64,000 nucleotides of DNA, taken from the NCBI RefSeq assembly GCF_009914755.1, contig NC_060947.1; one strand, written 5' to 3'. The translations under genes were made by a program, and so were the position numbers. The DNA is from the human T2T-CHM13v2.0 reference genome, Homo sapiens. A model generated the notes under the pieces. The model was not told where the DNA came from, did not search any database, and worked only from the letters and a program-made list of their open reading frames with translations. Below, in pieces: positions 39,757-53,505 of this stretch; the stretch's first letter is position 1; each line of letters starts with the position of its first letter.

Positions 39757-40239
39757 TCACTAATAACTTTTATAACAAAATGTTTAACATTTTATATATT
39801 AAATATTTTCAAGAAATTTCATGCTTGGGATATTGTGATATTATATAAAATAAAATAAATATTATTTTAATGGGGTAATAAATAGAGCATTAAAATGACT
39901 TAGGAAGAAAATAAGAACAGTTACCCAGGGGCAATAAGTATTCTGAAAGTTGATGCATTTATATTATTTTCCACTTTCTAAAATTATCTTAGAAAAGTTG
40001 TTGAAAAATTACCATTTTAATGGAGATTTTGAAAACATTTCCTTAAACTCTTTCCTTGAGCTTTTCCTTAAAATGTTCTGAATAGGTATGAGGTTTAATT
40101 CTAACACTGACATCTAGAATTAATTTTCACTTTATATTTATATATCTTAAGCTAGAGTAACTTTAATATCTGTAGCTTACCTTTTGTTTCAGAAAACTAA
40201 ACCCTGATTAATAGGGCATCTTGTACTTATGTGTTGTAG

Positions 40240-40383
40240 GTACAATTACATTTTCTACTACAAGAAGATGTACTACAAGAAGGAAACATGATGATTATGA
40301 GGAAGACACAGATCAAGATCAAGCCCTCTCCTGTCTTGATTCAATAACAGAACAATCTAGCATTTTGGATGATGCAGACACAT
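40240..40383 (+). CDS. CFAP47: CFAP47 coding exon B (144 nt, phase 1 to 1): (G)TITFSTTRRCTTRRKHDDYEEDTDQDQALSCLDSITEQSSILDDADT
   Basis: gttgtag acceptor, CAT|gtaagt donor, frame continuous with exons A and C. Confidence 0.85.
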
Positions 40384-41041
40384 GTAAGTTTATTATGACA
40401 GAGTTTCACTATTAGTTTGCATAAATCCAAATCATCATTCACTTTTGAATGAAATAGATAGTTTACACGCATAATACATATCCAAATTTGTATTGCATGT
40501 TTCCATAAGAATTTTATTATTTCAGTATTAACTATATGTAGCATATATTCTGGAGTTCCACTGCTATTAATGTCAATAGTATCAAAATACTTCAGCTAGA
40601 AGGGTGCCCACTCTTTCATAATTGAAAAGCTTTACATATTTTTCTGTCACTATACAAAAGCATACAGCAAATTTCTAATAAAATGTTAATGAGTATATTG
40701 TTTTAATAATGTAATATGCATTGCTTACTTCAATATAAGAGATACTAGCAATCTTCCTCATATGCCAAAGAAACTAAACACTATTTTTCCCCCTATATTA
40801 TAAAGCTTTATTTGAATGTTGTTAAACATCATGTCTTTTTAGTACAAGTTCCAAGTAAAATAAGGTGATGAGGAGTTGGAATACTCAGGGCAGGTTTCCT
40901 GGAAATGGGTGAATGAGTTTTTCTTTTATGGGTGAGTAGCAGGGATGCAAGGCCTTAGTAAAGAAAAGTGGTTCAACAGGGACAAACTTGTGGAGACATT
41001 TTAAATGTTATACAAAAGAAGAAATCTTTATTGAATGAATT

Positions 41042-41515
41042 CGTATTAGATAGCATTCTTCACAGAAACAGAAATGATGGAGTGTGTGTGTCTGTATTTG
41101 TGTGTCTGTGTGTATTGAGAGAGAAAGATTTGCAATTGACACCATTGTGGGAGCTGGTAAATCTAAAATCTGCAAGGCAAGCCAGCAGGCTAAAAAGTCA
41201 ATGTCAATGTTGCAGCCTTGAGTCCAAATTCCCCAGGATAGGACAGGCAGGCTGGAAATTCAGGCAGTCTTTCTATGTTACAGTCTTGAGAAATAATTGC
41301 TTCTTTTTGGAGGAACACCAGTGGTTGCACTTAAGGCCTTCAACTCATTGGAGGAGGCCTACTCAATGGAAGATAATTTGCTTTACTCAAATTATACTAA
41401 TATAAATGTTAATCACATTTCTAAAATAGCTTCACAGGAACATCTAGACTAGTGTTTGTTCATACAACTGGGCAGTATAGCCCAGCAAAGTTGACACATG
41501 AAATTAAGCATCACA
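41042..41515 (-). mobile_element. MLT2 (C/D-like) ERVL LTR
   Basis: Ends aagttgacacatgaaattaagcatcaca; internal aaggccttcaactcattggaggaggcc. Confidence 0.8.
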
Positions 41516-43199
41516 GAATCCATGGACTAAAGAGTAGTATTTAGGAATATTCAAAATGATTTGGGAAGAGAAGTTGGGCCAGTTAGACTACTACAACAGC
41601 AAATTGAGTTTAAAGTGAAGACAACCAGGTATTTTATGGTGGTGGTGGTGATGGAAATATAGAAATATCACTAAAGATGAGAAATATTTCAGAGACTAGC
41701 ATTGGATGACTGTCCTTATAGAAGATAATGAAAAAGGGCATTGATTCTAAAAAATAATAATAAGAGTTCGTTTGTATTTTGGTCAATAGAAAAAAAAAGA
41801 AATTCAGAAGGAAAGAAAAAAGTTTTGGAGATTGTAACACTTAGCAAAGTTTTGTACTTCATGATGTTGATCTGACATCAAGATATTTACATAGCAATAT
41901 CCAGTTGCCAATTGAATCTTTGTAGCTGAAACTAGGAAAAAAAAAACAATATTAACATGAGTTGTAAAGGTTTAGGGTCTCTTTCAGTGAAATCATGCAG
42001 GTGAGACAAAGGAATAGATAATTGCTGTAGATGTGTTATGTTAAAAGTTAAATCCTCATTAATATCTAGGGCAGAAGAACCATGAAGGAAAACCTTCATG
42101 AGGGTTAAAGTGTTCAGAAGAATTTGAAGGAAAATCAAAATATTATGATTTTATGTTAATAGGCTAAAAAAGACTGATCTCTAATAAACATACTAACCTA
42201 CATATTAACAGGTTGAAAGATAGATTAAAAGCTAGGAAAAATGTACCTGACAACATTAAAGGTATCCCTGATTCTTCAGACAGGTCTTTTCATATCCTTA
42301 CTCTCAGACAGAATTAACTTTTCCCCTATAATAACATGGATCCTTTTTTAAAGACTGCTCCACAGTGTATTTATTTTCAATTAGAGAAATCTTCTAGCTT
42401 TCCTCTCATCAAAGAAATGAAAGCAACACCTAAATCAGAATGTTTTAACCTTCCGAATAGGGAAATATGAAAGATAATGGTAATACCCATTTTTAATGAG
42501 AATCAGATCAAAAGATGCAATTGCATGCATTACAACAGAAATTTAAATTGATAAAAACTTTTTTAAGAGAACATTTATAGTATATTTAAACTTTTAATAA
42601 TTTTTTATCTCCTTCAATCCAATGATTCAGTCTAAGGAATTTGTTAGAATATTCAAAGATATACAAAACATATGACATTTAAGAATGTTTCTTTTGTGAT
42701 ATATTGAATAATTGAAACTAAAGTTTTAATAGTGAGTATTTTCTGAATAATATAAATGTGTATATTCTTATGTACATATGAATGTATCAATTATGTATAT
42801 TGTATACACCCCAGTATATTTATGTGTCTATGTCTATATATCCATATCTTTCTTGATATTTTGAGCCTGGAATTTTGTACAAATATATTAAGTAGCTGTC
42901 ATTTAGTCATGAAATTATGAAGAACTTTCATTTTCATACTATTCAGGAATTTCTAAAATCACTATAGTGAATGCTATTGATTTTATAATTAGAAAAATAT
43001 TTTAATTTAAGGCTCAGAGTTAAAAAACAATCACTATTTTGTTGTTGTTTTCATCAATAAATCATTCACCAATCCCACTCTAATCAATAAATTAATACTC
43101 AATGTACATGTCTAGTACTGTAGGAACTAAATCAGCTACATCACAACACTGCCACGTGTGATAGTCACAGTAATTATAAATAACAGGTGTTATTGTCCC

Positions 43200-43541
43200 T
43201 GCGATGGTTAATTTTATGTGTCAACTTAGCCAGGCCACAGGGCCCAGATACTTGGTCAACTTTATTTTTAATGTTTCTGAGAAAGTGTTTTTTGGATGAG
43301 ATTAACATTTGAATCCATGGACTCTGAATAAAGCAGATTACCCTCCATAATGTGGTTGAGCTTCATCCAATCAGTTGAAAACCTTAGTAAAATAAAATCT
43401 GACCTACCCCAATATACTTCAGATTTTGGATTTACCAAGCCTCCACAGTTGTGTGAGCCAATTTCTTAAAATCTCTGTCTTTCTCGCTCTTCTTTACACA
43501 TCCTGCTAGTTCCATCTCTCTGAAGAACCATGACAAATATA
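43200..43541 (+). mobile_element. MLT2 (D-like) LTR inserted in a MIR
   Basis: Starts tgcgatggttaattttatgtgtcaactt; 5-bp TSD gtccc (43195-43199/43542-43546). Confidence 0.85.
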
Positions 43542-44214
43542 GTCCCTGTTCCACAAATGGGCAGACTCTTGAGATTCTTTGCCAAAAATCACCAACTAAT
43601 GGTGGTCACATTGGGATTTGAACCCTGGCCTTATAACTCTGAGTCGTTCCACTGATCTTTGCATTAACCCAGAGTCATGAAGCATCTCCTCAGTCATAGC
43701 TACTGTTTATTTCCAGAATTATTTTCTCTGTGAGTTCAGTGTGGGTTAAAATATTGGAAAGGCCCAGATAAAATATGCATAAGCTACCTAGAAGGGAAAA
43801 CACTTTTCATTTTAAGAACTTTGATTTATTTTGGGAGAAGTCACATTTAAATGTCATAAAAGCACTTAAAGTGCTTTTATAAAATTGAAGGAGCAAATGT
43901 GAGCAGAGCCTTCCTTAATAATCTCTCATCAGTATAAATTTGGTAACCTTATTTTCTGCACATTTCTGCTTTTAAGGGAATGAACTGATGTCTGAAAAAT
44001 AAACAAGTACAGGAGTCAGTTCAAAATGTGGAAATAAATTTGCCCTCAAGAACTCCTCATAGTTATTTGGAATAAGAATTCAACTGGGTCTTATTAATTG
44101 TAACTATTTTTTTCTCTTTCTCCCTCTTACTAGCTGTTTACGTTAAATATCTGGATTGTTCTCAGGTCCACCAATCTTACAAGTATTTTAGATACCTAAA
44201 GTGTTGAAACAGGA

Positions 44215-44388
44215 TGCAAAATAGTACAATACAGTATGGTACAGAACAGTGCAGTGCAGTAAAATACAATGTCATGCAATACAATCCCATACAAAGCTAT
44301 GAACGCCATACAGTGCAATACAATACAACACAATACGATGCTATTCACTGTCATACAGTGCCATACAATACAGTACAATGCAATGCAA
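44215..44388. repeat. Degenerate pentanucleotide repeat (TACAA/TACAG/TGCAG)n
   Basis: 5-nt periodicity read directly. Confidence 0.8.
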
Positions 44389-45381
44389 AACATATACTCA
44401 TGAAAAACCTTTTCAGTAGAGAGAAACACTGAGAATTCCACTAGTTTGTGCTTCTTATTTCATAGATGAGGAAACTGAGGCCCAAAGAGGTTAGCAATTT
44501 ACCTAAATAAGTTAATCTAGCATAACAGTTCTTGAAATCTTTTAAACATGACAATACTGATGTGAATATGTATACAATTTACTGAAATTGGAGGACAATC
44601 TTAAGCCATGACCTAGTTCAACACAGGAAAACAAAAGAATATCAAAATGGGAAGCTGAACAGAGAGGAAAAACAAAACAAAACAAAACTGAATTTGACAG
44701 ACGTAAAAAACCTTTTTATGAAGGGCCTGGTTGATGAGGATTCCAGTTTTAGCATGAGGGAGTATGGTTTTGGTTATCATCAGGGGCAGAATTGCCTGCT
44801 TTTTAAAAATATTAGGAAAGCAAGATATAAAAATAATTGTCTCACGACTTAGTCTATGTCCCTTTCAGAATTTCCTTGGGCTAAATTCTTAGGATCCTTT
44901 TTCACATTTTCAGGAAACATGCAATCTCATTTTCCTGACTTTCTCCTTATACTAGATTCTTATGGTCCTGGAAATGTAGCATTGTAAATTGTAATGACTT
45001 ATTTAGATATATCTATGTACAAATACATGAATAGTTTGTCAATGAGAAAAAAGATTGGTTATTACTTTTTGAAACATTAATCCTTAACTTAAAAGTAAAA
45101 CATTCCGAAATTCATTTTATGGAAGAACTTAATGAGTTACTGGCATAGGTATAGGGCCAGGAACTTGTACAGGACATTCTCTTGGCCATGCAAGGATGGA
45201 GCTTCTCTTATTCCTCACTAACTGTGATAAAAACAGCTTCTCACCCTTTCTTCAGCTGTCTTGACAAAAAGTCCATTAAACAAAAAGGTTGAAAATGATG
45301 TCTGTTCATGATTCTCAAATGTGTATGTTAAGTATGGTATTCTGAAGTCTATATTAAAAAGTGTTTTGTTTTGTTTTTCAG

Positions 45382-45479
45382 ATGGTAATTTTAACAATTT
45401 AAGATTCTGGTATAATCTTGAGATCCATAGCACTCCTGGACCACCCATAGAGATTATGGAAATGACATGTATTGCTCTG
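45382..45479 (+). CDS. CFAP47: CFAP47 coding exon C (98 nt, phase 1 to 0): (Y)GNFNNLRFWYNLEIHSTPGPPIEIMEMTCIAL
   Basis: gttttgttttgtttttcag acceptor, CTG|gtaagt donor, in frame. Confidence 0.9.
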
Positions 45480-48400
45480 GTAAGTGCCCATTGCATGTTC
45501 ATAGACTCTGTCATTTTGTGAGCACTCAGACCTTTTGTTGTATAGTAAATTATTTACTATCCCTTAAAAGGTCTGTATCAGATGATTGTATTAAGATAAA
45601 TTAGTCAATCATAGCAATTTTATTTTTAAATCTAGTACTACGGACTTTAAATGCTTTTGGAAAACATCTTTTAGTTATATGTTATCTTATAGTGACTGCA
45701 TTGATTAGCATTCTATCTGTTTCAAGAGTTACTAGAGCAAACTTAACCTTAGTCTACATGTTTGTTCACACATAGATGATAAAAACAGGATTGTGCTACT
45801 AGACTCTTTCAGCATTGCTTTTTCCTGGTTTCTACAGCAGACCTTTCACTTGGAAACATATTTGGAGCAACTGGCATACATTTGGGGTTTCCATTAATAC
45901 TCGGAATAGATTTTGTCTGATGTGAATTACTAAAATGTTACTAAATTTGTGTCAAAAATTATTTAATAAAGTTAAATATTAAGAGTCTTATTTTAAATGA
46001 AACATGAGGACAATATTGCTATTAACAATGTTTTAGTTAAATTTAGTTTCCTTATTGTTAGTACTCAAATATTTAAATTGATAATAATAAATGTTATTTT
46101 TATTTTTAAATATGTGGATAGATTTCTTTATAGAATTGATTACTTAGAATCTTGAACTTTGGTTCCAATAAATAGAAAGTAAAAAAAAAAAAAGATTTAA
46201 AATACTATAAATTTACAAATTGATTATTTGCCCACCTGATTTCTGGGTAAATCTCCATTTAGGCATAGAAGATGAATGATTAAAATTTTGAAATGTGCTC
46301 AAGTATAGATTGCAAAAGCATTATCTTCTAAGTGGAAAACTATTTAATATGACAGTAGGATCATTTCACTCAATGAAAATGTCTTATTTCTGTGAATTGG
46401 TTACCACTGCAGTGTAAAATCTTCCTTAAAGGTTACTTTAAAATATACATTAAAATGTATCCCTTTATCAAGACGTAGAGAAAAACATTTAAATAGGCTT
46501 TGAAAAAATTGAGTGCATGATGTAGCACCTCAGAAAAGGAGAAATTGGCTTTCTTATTAACTATATGCTTAAAATAGGAATAGAGATGACAAAATATGCA
46601 AAACAAACAGAAGTAAATACAATTTTAAAATAAATTATAGATGGTCAATTGTTGCATTTTCTCATTAAGTGGTGTATAAAGTGCCTTTTTTTTCTGCAAG
46701 AGCTATTAGCCCTTCAAGAAAATACTGATAGAAATTGAGATTTCTATAGCTCTCAACCTTAAAAGGTGAAGACTGTCACACAGGCTGAGAAATACACACC
46801 ATCAGGGTACTTTATGTGCATATTTAAGAAGATTGAGCAAAAAGCAAAAACAAACAAACAAAAAACCAAAACCAAAACCAAAAAACCACTACTTATCTCT
46901 TTGAATGAGAAATTTCAAATATGTTTTCATTTATGAAATTAAATTTGCATATACCCTTTCAGGAATATATTATTTTAATAAATAATGTACTTTTGAATAA
47001 TGGCCCTTGTTCATTTTTCATCAAGGACTTGCCCCTCCCCATGTATATTATAATGTAATCCTAATTCAGTTTGTACTGATTTCCTATAAGTTTTCAATTT
47101 AAACCTCTTTTTGTTTTGGCACCACAGTGGGATATGTGTAACTCGTCTTACGCACATATATATTTCTAATTGCTATCATTTTTGCTTTTATTATTCGTTA
47201 TGAACAGTTAGCATAGTTATTTCATAAATATACTTAAATGATATTTTTTCATGGTCTACTTAGATTAAAACGCAATTATCGAGTCCCCTTTTCATTGAGT
47301 AGTTTTACGTTATAAGGCAGGAATGAAACTTCTTAACACATGACAGCTGCTAGATAGTTTCCTTGTTACCATAGGCAGGTTTGCTGTATTAATTAAATGT
47401 TCACATTTAACTGTGATTTGTTGAGAAGGGACATCTTTTTCAACTAAGTTTACCAACTTAGGCTATCGTGGCTAGTGATGTTGCCAAATTATTAAGTTTT
47501 CTCACGTTTCTAGTCGTAATTGTCGAAGGTAAAAATCTATTCCCTCTTTAACTTTCAGACATGAAGATTTATTTACTAGAGATAGTATGATCTCTTTTAA
47601 ATAATGCCATCAAATGAAACCTTTGTCCATTATTTGAAGAAGATGCTTTCCAACTACTTTCAGAAGTATACTAAAATTGTGGTCCTCACTTGTATATTAT
47701 TTCCTAATATTATTGAATGCATATTCTGTTCAGATGAATCATTTGAGAAATACTTTATTTAAACTTTATACCTCCAGATGTGGCAATGGTGCACTCAAGA
47801 TACTAAGCCATCTCTTATTTTTTTATCTGCATCTCAGTTTTTATTACATTCAACTCAAATTTCCACATTTTTTCTACAGATGAATGATTGATCAGAATCT
47901 CTCTAAAATAGGGTTCATGTAAGAAATACTTACAGTCTTGAAACACATATATTTGGTTATTTCTTGCTGCAGGTTCCAAAACCAGATTACATTCTCAGTA
48001 AATAATACTTGCTTGTTAGTAGTCCATTCTCTGTTAGTATAAAGTATTTAGGATTTCCTTTGGAAATTTTAACATGTAATAGCTGCTGTTCCATTTTGTT
48101 TGATCTCAAAAATCTCTTGTATGTCATATAGTTTGGCTATGGGAGAATGATGACAATAACCCGCTGTCTTTCCACTGACACTCAATAACTCTAATATATA
48201 GCACTGAGCTATAAATATTTTGTGGAAACAAAACTTAAGTGTGTGAGCAACTCTTTATATAATTTACATTTTAAACAGCCATAGCCTTCAAAATACTTAC
48301 TTCATTGTCAGTGAAAATTGCATGATCATTTATTTCTTTCTGAGCTTTTAATTTATAAACAACCTTCAATGAAATTCACTATATTGTTAATTAAGAGATC

Positions 48401-48503
48401 CAGAAATCTCTCCACAAACTAGCAAAAGAGAAGGACAGTTAAAAACACCGTTAATCCTCTTGGTGTCAAACATAAAAGCATCCATACAAAACAACACAAG
48501 TGA

Positions 48504-48640
48504 GACCAGGTGCGGTGGCTTATGCCTGTAATCCCAGCACTTTGGGAAGCCAAGGTGGTAGGCTTGCTTGAGCTCGGGAGTTTGAGACCAGCCTGGGCAA
48601 CATAGTGAGACTTTGTCTCTAGTAAACAAAATAAAAATTT
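48504..48640 (+). mobile_element. FLAM / free left Alu monomer
   Basis: Single Alu left arm with A tail; degenerate TSD aacacaagtgag/aacacatgtgag. Confidence 0.85.
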
Positions 48641-48752
48641 AAAAAACACATGTGAGTTGCCAACCATTTTTAAAAAGTTTTTAGTTTTAGCCTCCATAAA
48701 TTCAAAAATATATTTTGAGTTACTGTTTTCAATGTATTTTCTTCTTTCATCC

Positions 48753-49057
48753 TTTTTTTTTTTTTTTTTTTTGATGGGGTTTTGCTCTTGTTGCTCAGGC
48801 TGGAGTGTAATGGCATGATCTTGGCTCACCACAACATCCGCCTCCCGGGTTCAAGCGATTCTCCTGCCTCGGCCTCCTGAGTAGCTGGGATTACAGGCAT
48901 GTGCCATCATGGCCAGCTAATTTTGTGTTTTTAGTAGAGATGGGGTTTCTCCATGTCGGTCAGGCTGGTCTTGAACTCCCGACCTCAGATGATCTGCCCC
49001 CCCGCCTCAGCCTCCCAAAGTGCTGGGATTACAAGCGTGAGCCACCGCACCCGGGCC
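48753..49057 (-). mobile_element. AluSp-like
   Basis: Diagnostic gctcttgttgc, ctcaccacaac, tttctccatg; flanking tctttcat duplication. Confidence 0.9.
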
Positions 49058-52000
49058 TCTTTCATACTTTGTATACTTTATTTTTCTATAGGAAAGATCA
49101 TATATCATAAGTGTTGTCCATGACATTGAAATTTTTCTTCCTCATGAAATGTTGAGGAAGCAAAATTAGCATTCTGCCTTTAATTTATCCTAAGTTGTAA
49201 AAAATTCTTAAATACTATTTTTTAATCCGGAAAAAATATCTCATGGTCTAATTTGAGTTAAATACAAAAAATGAAGATGTAGCTAGGGAGGCTATTTTGA
49301 TTAATGTTGAAAACACTCATATAAAAAATATTCTATAAAAGTTAGAATTATGATAAAATCTCATCTCTAATCTGCCTATACTCTATTTTTAAAAATTTTA
49401 AAGCACTTGTTGGCTCCCAAAAGATATAATGTTCTTCCTAAAATTATAGAGCTAATATACTTGGATTTAATATCTACATTAATTGCCAGAATATTTTCTG
49501 ATTCATTTACTTATTTCTAAATTCTGAATTGATTTTGTACATAATGTCTGTGGCTTTAAAGATCAGCAATAATTAGCCACTTTCACTTCAACCGAGAGTG
49601 GACTCAAGGCCGTGCCTAGAGTTAAATTGTCAACTGTCTGTGCTTCACTGAAGTGCCTAATTAAAGGGAAAAGGTTGTGTGTGGGGGAGGGTCTGCTGTC
49701 CAAATAAGGTGCTCTGCCAAAAGGAAGGGTGCCTTTATTCTCTCTTTCTCTCTCAGTCTCCCCCAGTCGTCCCATTCTCCCTCCACACCCTCTCTTCCTC
49801 CCTCCCTCTTCTCTTCCTCCTCCCCGCCCCTCGCCCCCGCACCTTAGTTCTTTTTATTTTTTCATCAAAGTCATCTATGCTGGCCAAGCTCTGTGCTCTG
49901 AAGGCTGATTCCTTTTCTAGTTTTCACACATACAACTTTTCCAGTAATGACTCTGTATAAGAATTTTCAACAAACAAAGCTTTTCAGGAAATGTTTATTC
50001 CAAGTTAAAGCAAGAATGCTGACCTGTATTTACAGAGTATCTAGGTAGTCATAATGAATTCTACTGACACTCTTTGTTCATAATTACCAACAATGCTGTT
50101 CTGGTTAGATACGATGTTAACCAGTGTGATTTGCAGAAATGACATGGAAATAGAGATTTAGCTATTTACTCTTAAAAACAGAGAGTGTGATAAACAGCTG
50201 ATTTTAGAAGCTGAACTTAGGTTTGTCTTTACTTTCTGGTAAACTCAGTCAGCTTCAGTTTCCTCTCAGGTCAGATTCAACTCCTTCTCAGTGTTCTCAT
50301 GCTCCGTTCTCCTGGGTGTTATGGAGGGGTTAAAAGGAAACTTAGAGGGCATCCTGACTCCAAGTTCAGAGATGGAGGGAATTTGGTCCTTACCATCTTG
50401 TCCTGACATCAGCAATATAAAAGTCTTACTGGCTAGTCATTGAATATCAAGGGGCTCTCCCCATCAAATTTCATGTAGCCCCTAAAGGACACAGCAGAAC
50501 ATCCTTAAGGCTTTCTAAATTCCAGTGAAAAGTCACTAAAGTAGCTGAGATAGGACAGGAATTTAGGAGGAAGTTTAAGTCTTGAGTAAAGTGTGTGTTT
50601 TCTGTCTGTCGCCACCACCAGCTGAGGAAAACTGAATTTATTCTTTATTGGTTATTAACACTGGCTAGGCAGATTTTCTCCAAAAACTATGGTTTGTATC
50701 AGAACAATAGAATCAAAACAAAATAAAATAAAATATCTAAAACAAGAGTATGTTGGAAAAAATAGATGAACTTTCTTTTCCTTGCATTCAGGGTATAGCA
50801 ACCCCACCCAGTGTGCAGTGAGCTTAGAAAGCTTTAGCATTGGAAATTAGGTGAAGGTAATGGAGTGAGGCGACCTGGGTTAATATGGCAAACTATCAGC
50901 CTATTGTACCTGATGAGGAAAAGCTAGCATTAGCTCTGATGGAAACAATCTAATTTGTGATTTTGTGGGCAAGTTCAAATTTTACATAATGAGTTAAGAA
51001 GTTGTTCTAAAACTCATATTGTACCTTGGAAATTTTGAGATGAAAAATTATAATTGTTTTGAGATATCTCTGTATTTCTGAGTGAAGTAGTGTTTAGGGG
51101 ATAGAAAGGAATAAGTCAGGTAAGAAAATTATAATTGTCCTTCCTTCTCGTGTAGGTCTTTAAGTCAGGAGTATATTAATTAGTTGAAATCAACATCACA
51201 GCTATCTGAAAGACCATTATTTCAATTAAAGTTCACAAAACATTCCAAAATAAAACAATTTTTGGCTACTCTGTCATTATGAACTATTCATGCCTCTGCC
51301 TTCTTCCGTAAATGCAGATGAAGAAGAATTGACTGAACATGACATTGGATTCATTTATGCAAGTTCAAACACCTGACATGCAAAAAAAAAAAAACATGGC
51401 AAATACCCACTCACTGTGTCAAGAATTACCCCCTGGGGTACCCCATACCCCACGATTATTAAATTATGTGTAATGTATCTAAGCACTGTTTGCTTAACTC
51501 GTGACAAACACTCTTCAAAATGGCTGGCCTACATGGTCATTCAGAGTTAGCATTTTAATAATTCACACACATGCATATACATATATATGTATACTTACAT
51601 ATATATACGTAGAGAATAAATACATAGAGAGTACATACACACATATACGGCGGGGGAGGTGGAATACTATCTTAAACAGTTAAGCAGGAGGTTACTTCCT
51701 AGGGATCGGTCCTTGCAATTAGAAATATTTCTATTTTTAATAGTTTTCTTTTCTCTCTCAAGGTTATGGGGTGTGTCTGAATACAAATTAATAAACTTTA
51801 GGCTCTTCCAGTGTTTTCTGGCTTTTTCACAACTCCCAGGTGCCTATTAATGCATCTTCAACATACATGTCCCCCAGTCTGGCATTAGCAAACCACCTTG
51901 ATTGCATCTCAGCATTCTATACATTTCAAGTCATATGGTGGAGGATTGGGGATTGGGGTGGGTATAAGGCATGACATCATTAGATACAGTGTTGTACAGA

Positions 52001-52789
52001 TGGAAATAGCAAAGGAATGACGATGGTGTTTCTAAATATAGCTGTCTACGTGGTTTATGTGAGTTCTGACTTTTCAATTTAGGAAAATTATTGACCCAGA
52101 TTATAATGATCACTTCCTCTCAATTACATGATACTTTCAAAATACCCATTAGTTGTTTGTTTACTGACTTGATAATGTTTTCAAATTGAATAAAATTAAA
52201 ATTGAAGATTTCCTCAATAATATGCCTTACTTAATATTATTGTATGTTTTCTCCTCAGAAATAATCCTTTTATAATGAACTTGTGATTATCTTCCGTGAG
52301 ATGGTATGGTGAAAATACTTCATGCTAGTGCATATTGAATTGTCATTGACTCAATTAAGTGGTTATGTGGAAGTAAATAATCTTTATTTATTCTGACCAA
52401 GCAGGAAATGATGAAGTGTTTATTGCACTCAGTGAATTACATTTTTCCTCTTAGAGTAGGTATGAACTGGCAACCAAGTGACAAAGTGATAAGGCAATAA
52501 AGTCTTTCTCTCATCTGAAACTGCTGTCTTCACCCTGTAACTTTCAAGTAAGGAGGCAGGCTGAATTAACTGGAGACTTTTAAATTCCTTTTGAGTTAGA
52601 TTTTTACAAAGTTGCTTTATTATTTAGTTAAAAGTTGTGATTATCCAAAATATCAGACATATCAATAATTATATATAATATGTAATATGTAATGTACAAT
52701 ATGTAATACATAATATATAATGTATAATATGTATATACATATACACAAACACTAAATCATCTCATAAATTGCACATTTTATTTTCTAAT

Positions 52790-52920
52790 GAGTATTTACT
52801 GGGTATCTCTGATATTCCTGCCACTGTTCTAGATGCTAAGGAACAGTGATGAACAATACAAGCAAGGCCCCTATTTGCATGGAGCTACCATTCTAGTGGA
52901 GTTAGAAAACGAATAAAATA
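52790..52920 (-). mobile_element. L2 3' fragment
   Basis: ccactgttctagatgct...gtgatgaacaatacaagcaaggcccct...catggagctaccattctagtgg. Confidence 0.7.
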
Positions 52921-53061
52921 ACTGAAATAGGATGTTTCCTGGGAAGTTCTCCTTTTATCCTGGATTTTCAAATGAAGTCACAAACCTGGGAACTGTAGAT
53001 AATTATATTTCCATATTATGAAAGTGGTTGCTGTCCTGTTTATTTAAGACTCTCTAAATAT

Positions 53062-53505
53062 AGTATTCAGAGTATATCTAGCTGATACAGCAAATAAACC
53101 CTAAATTTGCAATGGCTAAACACAGTAAAAGTTTTTAACAATTGTAACATTCTAGTGAATGTGTCCCTGGTTGGTGGGTGGCATACTCTGTGTTGTGATT
53201 CAGGGAGCAAGGCTCGTTCCATCTTGTGATTCCTTCCTTTTTAGGGACTCAGAGGTTCCTACGTATAGCTGGAGAAAAAGAAAGCAGAGAGAAGAGAATT
53301 TCCAATAGTTTTAATGGCCTTGACACACAGGTGACACATCACTTTCACTCACATACAATTGGAGAAAACTAGTGACACAGCCATGCCCAGGTGAAAGAGG
53401 GTCTGGGAAATGGAATCTCTAGTTGGACAGCCACTGCCAAGTGACATCTTCATGCCAAGAAAGGAGAACATAGGATTTTAATGGAGACATGATGTTTCTG
53501 GCACA
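53062..53505 (-). mobile_element. MLT1 (J/K-like) MaLR LTR
   Basis: gtgacacatcactttcactcac...ctagtgacacagccatgccc...tctgggaaatg motif. Confidence 0.65.

Noticed and set aside
41042-43541. Two MLT2 LTRs 1.7 kb apart, considered as a possible proviral remnant
   Set aside because: They are in opposite orientation and the second has its own TSD, so they are independent solo LTRs
44196-44441. ORFs with periodic Cys/Tyr/Gln patterns, superficially array-like
   Set aside because: By-product of a decayed pentanucleotide microsatellite; no repeat-spacer structure, and CRISPR is not applicable to this primate DNA
51434-51445. 12-bp palindrome tggggtacccca
   Set aside because: 6-bp arms are expected by chance many times in 64 kb
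52259-52303. 45-nt pseudo-exon (ctcctcag...ATG|gtatgg)
   Set aside because: Reads AAA TAA in the required phase; exons C and D already join in frame; a poison-exon role cannot be supported from sequence alone
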